DNA of 64,000 nt from an uncultured delta proteobacterium (lineage in GTDB: Bacteria > Desulfobacterota > Binatia > UBA9968). This document shows positions 58,946-64,000 of the stretch, one piece after another (the stretch's first letter is position 1; the number at the start of each line of letters is the position of its first letter). The notes beneath the pieces are model-generated. The model saw only the letters and a list, made by a program, of their open reading frames with translations, ran no database searches and was not told the DNA's origin. The position numbers and the translations under genes were made by a program. The stretch spans positions 32,001 through 96,000 of the forward strand of contig CAWDPO010000006.1 of the NCBI GenBank assembly GCA_963804165.1, given 5' to 3'.

Positions 58946-60013
58946 CTAGCGCTCCGCAGACGTGCGAAATGCCGGAATAACCTCGTCGGCAAATAAGCGC
59001 AAGGAATTCATCGCCTGCTCGCTGCTGAGATTGCCGAAGCAAAACGAGCCCACGAAGTAATTGCTACCGGTGATTTCGAGATGTTTTTTCACTTCTTCGC
59101 GGACCGTCTCCGGAGCGCCCGCAATGTAGAGCCCTTCGGCGCGACGCGCCTCGAAGTCGTTTAAGTATTCTTTTCTCCGGTTATCGCCAACTTTTGATTG
59201 CAGGTAGCCGGTGCGCTCGTTGAACTGCGCGAGCGCAGCCTTGGCCTCTGCCCAGGCTTGCGCGTCCGTCTTGGCAACGTAGACGTGGCGCGAGATGCCG
59301 TAGAGCGGATCGGTCACATGCCCATTGAGGCGATCACGATCGTCCGCATGCTCTCTCCAAACGCGCCGATAGAGATCGAAAAGGTCACGGATCACCGGCA
59401 TCGATTGATAGTGAACGACCGTGTGGAATCCCTCTTTGGCCAACCAGTTCATCGACTCGCTGCTATTCGTCGGATACCAAAGCGGCGGATACGGACGTTG
59501 AAACGGCTCGATCTGCAGCTCGACGTTCTTGAAGGAAAAATAGCGGCCTTGGTACGACAACTTACCGGTGGCAAGAGCCGAAGTCACCGCGTCCAGTGCT
59601 TCGCGGAACATGTCACGCGACTGTTGAACGTCGATGTTGAAGAAGGACATTTCGATGGGCGATATGCCCCGTCCCACGCCGACGTCGAGCCTGCCCCGGC
59701 TTAGGTTGTCGAGCATGCAGATCTCCTCAACCAGGCGCAGCGGATTGTAAGCCGGCAGCACGTAGACCAACGTGCCGAGACGAATGCGCTCGGTGCGCTG
59801 GGCGGCGGCCGCCAGAAAAATGCTCGGCGACGGTGTCATGTTCAGCGGCGAGCCATGATGCTCGGCGATGTGGTAGCAATAAAAGCCCTTCTCTTCGGCG
59901 CATTCGATCAACTTCAAGCGTTGCTGGTAAAGCTCAGGCAGCGCGAGCTGATTGCGATCGATCCAATCGAAGATACCGAACTTTATCGTTTGAAGCGCCG
60001 GCAAGTCCGTCAC
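58946..60013 (-). CDS. LLM-class flavin-dependent monooxygenase
   Basis: AEHH, RIRLGT, MLDNLSRGRLDVGVGRG, LFADEVIP. Confidence 0.9.
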   Translation of the reverse strand: MTDLPALQTIKFGIFDWIDRNQLALPELYQQRLKLIECAEEKGFYCYHIAEHHGSPLNMTPSPSIFLAAAAQRTERIRLGTLVYVLPAYNPLRLVEEICMLDNLSRGRLDVGVGRGISPIEMSFFNIDVQQSRDMFREALDAVTSALATGKLSYQGRYFSFKNVELQIEPFQRPYPPLWYPTNSSESMNWLAKEGFHTVVHYQSMPVIRDLFDLYRRVWREHADDRDRLNGHVTDPLYGISRHVYVAKTDAQAWAEAKAALAQFNERTGYLQSKVGDNRRKEYLNDFEARRAEGLYIAGAPETVREEVKKHLEITGSNYFVGSFCFGNLSSEQAMNSLRLFADEVIPAFRTSAER

Positions 60014-60066
60014 GTCATCCTCCGCATTGCGAATTTTCCGATCACACGGCGCATGTCATAAGCCGG

Positions 60067-61044
60067 CTACTTCAGTTCACTCGCCGCTCTGCGCGCGAAG
60101 CTGAAGTCGGCGATCTCGGCGAATGAAACGTCGCGTGACACTTTCAGCACCTCTTTAGAGGTCGCAATGAACTCTTGCATCGCCTCGTCCGACACCAGGC
60201 CGGTATCCGAATACAGCTTGACGATTTCTTCATGGATCAAGCCGGCCACGGCGGCATCCTGAACGCCCGATTCCTTGGCCAAGAGTTTAATAAACTCGCC
60301 CTTGTTTTCCTTCAAAAAGCGGTTGGCCGCGAGCGCTCCCTTGACGGTGCGGAGAATCAGATCGGCCTCGGCGCGGGTTTTTTGCAAGGTGGTGACCAAT
60401 CCGCCTTGAGGCGTTTTGATGATGTCCCGCAAGTGAACGAGCTCCCTGAAACCCATCTTCACCGCCATCTTGTTATACGGCATCGACATGATCGTGCCGT
60501 CGATCTGCCCGGCTTGTAGAGCGCTCAATCTCAACGGATGATTGCCGAACAAGGTTCGCAGTTTTACGTCAGTTTCGGGCGCCAAGCCGTATTTTTTTAG
60601 CACCAGCCGCGCGCCAACATCGGTGAACTCGCCCACTCCGGATGTCGCCAACGTTTTGCCCTTCAGATCTTCCATTCGCCGGATCTCGGGACGCACCACC
60701 AGCGAAAAATCTTGCCCTACTGTAAGTGCCATGACGATGCGCAGGGGCAGTCCGCTCACACTGGCGCGCGCCGCGGACGCGAGTGCGGTGGAATAGTCCA
60801 TATCCCCGGCCATCAAGGTTTGCAGCGACAAGCTCGGACGCATGACGATCAACTCCGCTTCCAATCCTTGCGCGCGAAAGAAACCGTAACGTTGGGCGGC
60901 CAGGAGCCCGAGATTGGGCACGCCGCGGTTGGGGATGCCGATGCGAATTCTCTTGAGCGCCGAGCCTTCCTGACACCAGGCGAAACGAGAGACAAGAACG
61001 AAGAGAATTATGAGGACATAGGTTGCGCAACGATTCGCACTCAT
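60067..61044 (-). CDS. ABC substrate-binding protein (NMT1/THI5-like)
   Basis: Signal peptide, GFFRAQGL, DLKGKTLA, ADFSF. Confidence 0.88.
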   Translation of the reverse strand: MSANRCATYVLIILFVLVSRFAWCQEGSALKRIRIGIPNRGVPNLGLLAAQRYGFFRAQGLEAELIVMRPSLSLQTLMAGDMDYSTALASAARASVSGLPLRIVMALTVGQDFSLVVRPEIRRMEDLKGKTLATSGVGEFTDVGARLVLKKYGLAPETDVKLRTLFGNHPLRLSALQAGQIDGTIMSMPYNKMAVKMGFRELVHLRDIIKTPQGGLVTTLQKTRAEADLILRTVKGALAANRFLKENKGEFIKLLAKESGVQDAAVAGLIHEEIVKLYSDTGLVSDEAMQEFIATSKEVLKVSRDVSFAEIADFSFARRAASELK

Positions 61045-61143
61045 GCTCGCCTCTTAACCCAAACGGCGGGATAATTCCATCACCTTTTGCGTTGACGTCG
61101 GCGGCGGCGCAATGCTAACGTTCCGCCCAGCAAGACTGAGTCA

Positions 61144-61234
61144 GGAATGTCATCCCGAGGTGAAACCGAAGGATCTCGTCTTTTGCATTATGGTTCGGTC
61201 GAGATTCTTCGCCTGCGGGTCAGAATGACATTCC
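61144..61234. repeat. Long intergenic palindrome (GTCATCCCGAG...GGATCTC family)
   Basis: ggaatgtcatcccgag..ggatctc ... gagattcttcg..cagaatgacattcc. Confidence 0.8.
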
Positions 61235-61275
61235 CGATAACTTCGAGATTGGCACGCCTCTGAGTGAAAGGAGAA

Positions 61276-62067
61276 ATGAACATGAATTCACAGATTCGTT
61301 ATCTCGCTATCGTCAGCGAGCGACCGGAAACCCTGGCGAACTTTTACTCCACCTATTTCAAGATGAGCGAGCTCGGCCGCTCCGACGACGGAGATATCGC
61401 GGTCACCGACGGTTTTTACAACATTTCAATACTCAAGCGGCGCCCCGGCGCCGACGAGCTGGGCATCAACCATTTTGGCGTCACCATCGACGACATCGGT
61501 CAAGTCGAAGCGCGGCTGAAAGAGTTTTCTCCCAATTCGGACATCCGCCAGGAAGAAGGCGGTCTTTTTCATGGCGACTTTCGCGTCACCGATCCGAGCG
61601 GTCAATCCGTGACTCTTTCCACTCATCAGTTCCATACGCCGAGCGTTGAGCGCACCTTTCCGTGCATTCGCCATCTCGCGGTGTGCGTGGCTAACAATGA
61701 CGACGTTCTTAATTTCTACGTCAATGTTTTTGGTTTTCGCGAATCAACGACCAGCAGACGGATCCGATCGGAGAACCGAGTCGTGCGCTGGGCCGCCGAT
61801 GGCGCAACAGCGATGGCGATCCTGCCGGATCGGACACGCCGCGACATGAATGAGAGAGAGAGCCCGCGGGACGGTCTAAATCACTTCGGCTGGCTGGTAA
61901 ACAACATCGAGCCATTTTTGAATTCGCTTCCCGAAGGCTGCGTCAGCCAGCGACCGAGCAGTCGTCCCATGGCCGAGTACCGCGGCTTCGACCCCGACCG
62001 CAATCCGTTCGACATCTCGCAAGACAAAGGTTACGAGATTGACGTCGACCGCTGGGTGCACGGATAG
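61276..62067 (+). CDS. Two-domain VOC family protein
   Basis: IRYLAI, NHFG, IRHLA, LNHFG, DPDRNPFDIS. Confidence 0.88.
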   Translation: MNMNSQIRYLAIVSERPETLANFYSTYFKMSELGRSDDGDIAVTDGFYNISILKRRPGADELGINHFGVTIDDIGQVEARLKEFSPNSDIRQEEGGLFHGDFRVTDPSGQSVTLSTHQFHTPSVERTFPCIRHLAVCVANNDDVLNFYVNVFGFRESTTSRRIRSENRVVRWAADGATAMAILPDRTRRDMNERESPRDGLNHFGWLVNNIEPFLNSLPEGCVSQRPSSRPMAEYRGFDPDRNPFDISQDKGYEIDVDRWVHG

Positions 62068-62298
62068 TTCAGAAACCCGGACGGTTTAAAACGTTCGAGC
62101 CATACAGCTGACCGAAGTCTACCGCGTCGGCGGTTTCAGCGTGACTCGGAACGAAACACTGACACCAGTCTAGACGGAAGCCTTCTCCAGTCACGATTTC
62201 GTCATCGCTGACGCGAAGCGGGAACAATGAGGGGAGAGATACCGCCACAGGTCAGCACCCAACCCCGAATCTAAGGAATTCCCGAAGTCCCAAAGTCC

Positions 62299-62334
62299 TA
62301 CGCAACTTGCGTATATACGTAACTTACGTATAAT
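62299..62334 (+). promoter_or_regulatory. TA promoter with two palindromic operators
   Basis: TACGCAA-C-TTGCGTA and TACGTAA-C-TTACGTA overlapping TTGCGT-16 nt-TATAAT. Confidence 0.75.
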
Positions 62335-62341
62335 TGTTTCT

Positions 62342-62686
62342 GTGAAGGCCATTTTCGTCGAGCTGCCAGCCTTCGAGCGTCACCGAGCGAATTATCTCGA
62401 TGACAATGGATGCCGGGCGTTTCAGAACCTCTTAATGAAACATCCCGAAGCTGGCGATCCGATTCCAGACACTGGTGGACTACGCAAATTGCGATTCAAG
62501 GAGTGCGACGCGGCAAGGGCAAACGCGGCGGATTGAGGGTGATCTATACATTGGTGGACGTCGGGGTATCAGTTCTGGCTTTTCACGCTGTACGACAAAG
62601 ATGAAATGGCCGACTTGTCGCCGAAACAGCGCGCAGCGCTCAAGGCGATGATCAAAACCGAGTTGGAAGCAAGGAGAAGAATATGA
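62342..62686 (+). CDS. higB: HigB-2/RelE-family toxin, frameshifted
   Basis: FVELPAF, GDPIPDTGGLRKLRF, GKGKRGGLRVIY, LFTLYDKDE across shifted frames. Confidence 0.85.
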
Positions 62687-63030
62687 AGACAATCGGCAAA
62701 ACCAAACGGACGCGTGATAGCAAGAGAAATCTTTTCCGGGAATTGCGCGAAGGCATGAGCGCGCTCGCCGACGCGCGGCAAGGCAAGCGAACTCTGCGTA
62801 CACACGTAGTCGAGTATAAGCCGGCGCCGAAGGTTACACCAACGGAGTTGATCCGCGTACGTGAGCAATTGAAGTTCTCCCGCGCCGTGTTTGCTGCCTA
62901 TCTTCGCACCAACGTTCGCACACTGGAGAATTGGGAACAGGGGCGGGCAAAACCAAACGCACAAGCCGTGCTGCTGATCAATCTCGTTAAGCAATACCCT
63001 GACACAGTGGAGCGCCTCGCCAACATCTGA
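62683..63030 (+). CDS. higA: HigA-like HTH antitoxin
   Basis: SRAVFAAYL..NVRTLENWEQGRAKP; ATGA overlap with toxin. Confidence 0.85.
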   Translation: MKTIGKTKRTRDSKRNLFRELREGMSALADARQGKRTLRTHVVEYKPAPKVTPTELIRVREQLKFSRAVFAAYLRTNVRTLENWEQGRAKPNAQAVLLINLVKQYPDTVERLANI

Positions 63031-63039
63031 CGCCGTTTG

Positions 63040-63477
63040 TTAAACCGGAGATCTCCTTGCACCGATGCGCTTAGCGACTTGCGCATGAGCAAGCACTACA
63101 CGCGGGTCTCGCTGTAGAGCCGCGACGTAGCGTTCGCCAAAGTCTCCGCCGCTCTCAGCCGGGATCAATAGAAACACGGATTGGGTCATCATCGCGTCGA
63201 CGCTCTGAGTTGTTATCGGCTCGTCTCCGTCCAGCGTTTCATCGATGGCGACGATCAGTTGTGAAATCGGCCGCAGCCAGGCAAACCACGGGTCGTTGGT
63301 CAGCAGTTGGAAAAAATGATTCGGCGAATGGATCGGGCCGATTTCCTTTTCATAAACCGCGCGTTCGGAATCGAGCAAAGCTTTGTGCAGGTGCAGCAGC
63401 GCGTCGCGGAGTTCCAGCAGGGGTCGGCGAATGGTTTCCTCTTCGGGACTGACTTGTGAAGTCGTTTTCCGAGTCAT
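63040..63477 (-). CDS. Conserved-looking hypothetical protein
   Basis: LLHLHKALLDSER, DPWFAWLRPISQLIV. Confidence 0.65.
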   Translation of the reverse strand: MTRKTTSQVSPEEETIRRPLLELRDALLHLHKALLDSERAVYEKEIGPIHSPNHFFQLLTNDPWFAWLRPISQLIVAIDETLDGDEPITTQSVDAMMTQSVFLLIPAESGGDFGERYVAALQRDPRVVLAHAQVAKRIGARRSPV

Positions 63478-63592
63478 GACATTAACATACCACGGACTCG
63501 TCGGCACGGTCAGTGCCCGCGCGAATCTCGAGTCGAATAAATCGGATCACGCGTCATCCGAAGGCATGGCCGAATAGAGACGTGTTTCAGTC

Positions 63593-64000
63593 TCACCGCG
63601 CCGGTAGCGGATCGGCACCGGCGAGCTTGTTGAAAATCTCCACCACCGCGGCGTCGCGCGGCAGCTCGCGCACCACTTTTTCCAAAGCCTCGGGCATCAG
63701 CGGGGTCGGTGCTTCACCCGAAACTTTCTGATACTCCTTCAAAAACTCCGGATCGCTCAGCGTCTTGCGCATAGCCTCGCGAAGAATCTCCGCCCGTTCC
63801 TTCGACACACCGGGCGCCAAGAAGAAATTTTGCCCGGCGAGACGGAAGGCGCGAAACATTTGCAATATTTTTCGCTCTCGGTCCGATTTCGCGAACGTTT
63901 CCAGATCCGGCGCCTGGGCGAATTTCGGATGGCGCTCGCCCTTGGGAATCTCGATGCCGGCGTGAATGTCGATCAACCCCTTTTCGAGCCACTCGCGGTT
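63593..64000 (-). CDS. Tripartite tricarboxylate transporter substrate-binding (TctC/Bug-like) protein, 3' part
   Basis: APGVSKERAEILREAMRKTLSDPEF; runs off window edge. Confidence 0.8.
   Translation of the reverse strand, partial: NREWLEKGLIDIHAGIEIPKGERHPKFAQAPDLETFAKSDRERKILQMFRAFRLAGQNFFLAPGVSKERAEILREAMRKTLSDPEFLKEYQKVSGEAPTPLMPEALEKVVRELPRDAAVVEIFNKLAGADPLPAR

Noticed and set aside
61250-61265. Sigma54 promoter (TGGCAC)
   Set aside because: The -12 TTGC element is missing at the required spacing.

Overview
A 64 kb GC-rich bacterial chromosomal segment. The gene repertoire (many orphan solute-binding proteins, cupins, VOC, LLM and amidohydrolase enzymes) suggests Candidatus Binatia or a related Deltaproteobacteria-like lineage; this is inference only. 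I found no rRNA, tRNA, CRISPR array or prophage. Main content: (i) two different REP-associated tyrosine transposases (RAYT) with their GTAG-REPs, one REP sitting in frame inside a dehydrogenase gene, plus several other families of intergenic palindromic repeats; (ii) a putative (hetero)aromatic catabolic and ABC uptake locus at 25-36 kb; (iii) a FecR/OmpA plus CHASE2-PP2C/MBL-hydrolase/anti-sigma/STAS signalling module at 36-41 kb; (iv) a desaturase, cNMP-binding protein and apparently inactive M50-like protein at 22-25 kb; (v) a defence-like islet at 43-48 kb with BrnTA, orphan HicB and an ApeA-like HEPN gene split by an IS1182-family element with clear IRs and a 6-bp target duplication; (vi) a TetR-RND efflux cassette bracketed by a diverged 217-bp cupin repeat; (vii) a candidate ~95-nt sRNA or attenuator near 1.7 kb. 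More than ten genes carry single frameshifts, probably long-read consensus errors. All product calls come from motif recognition, not database searches.
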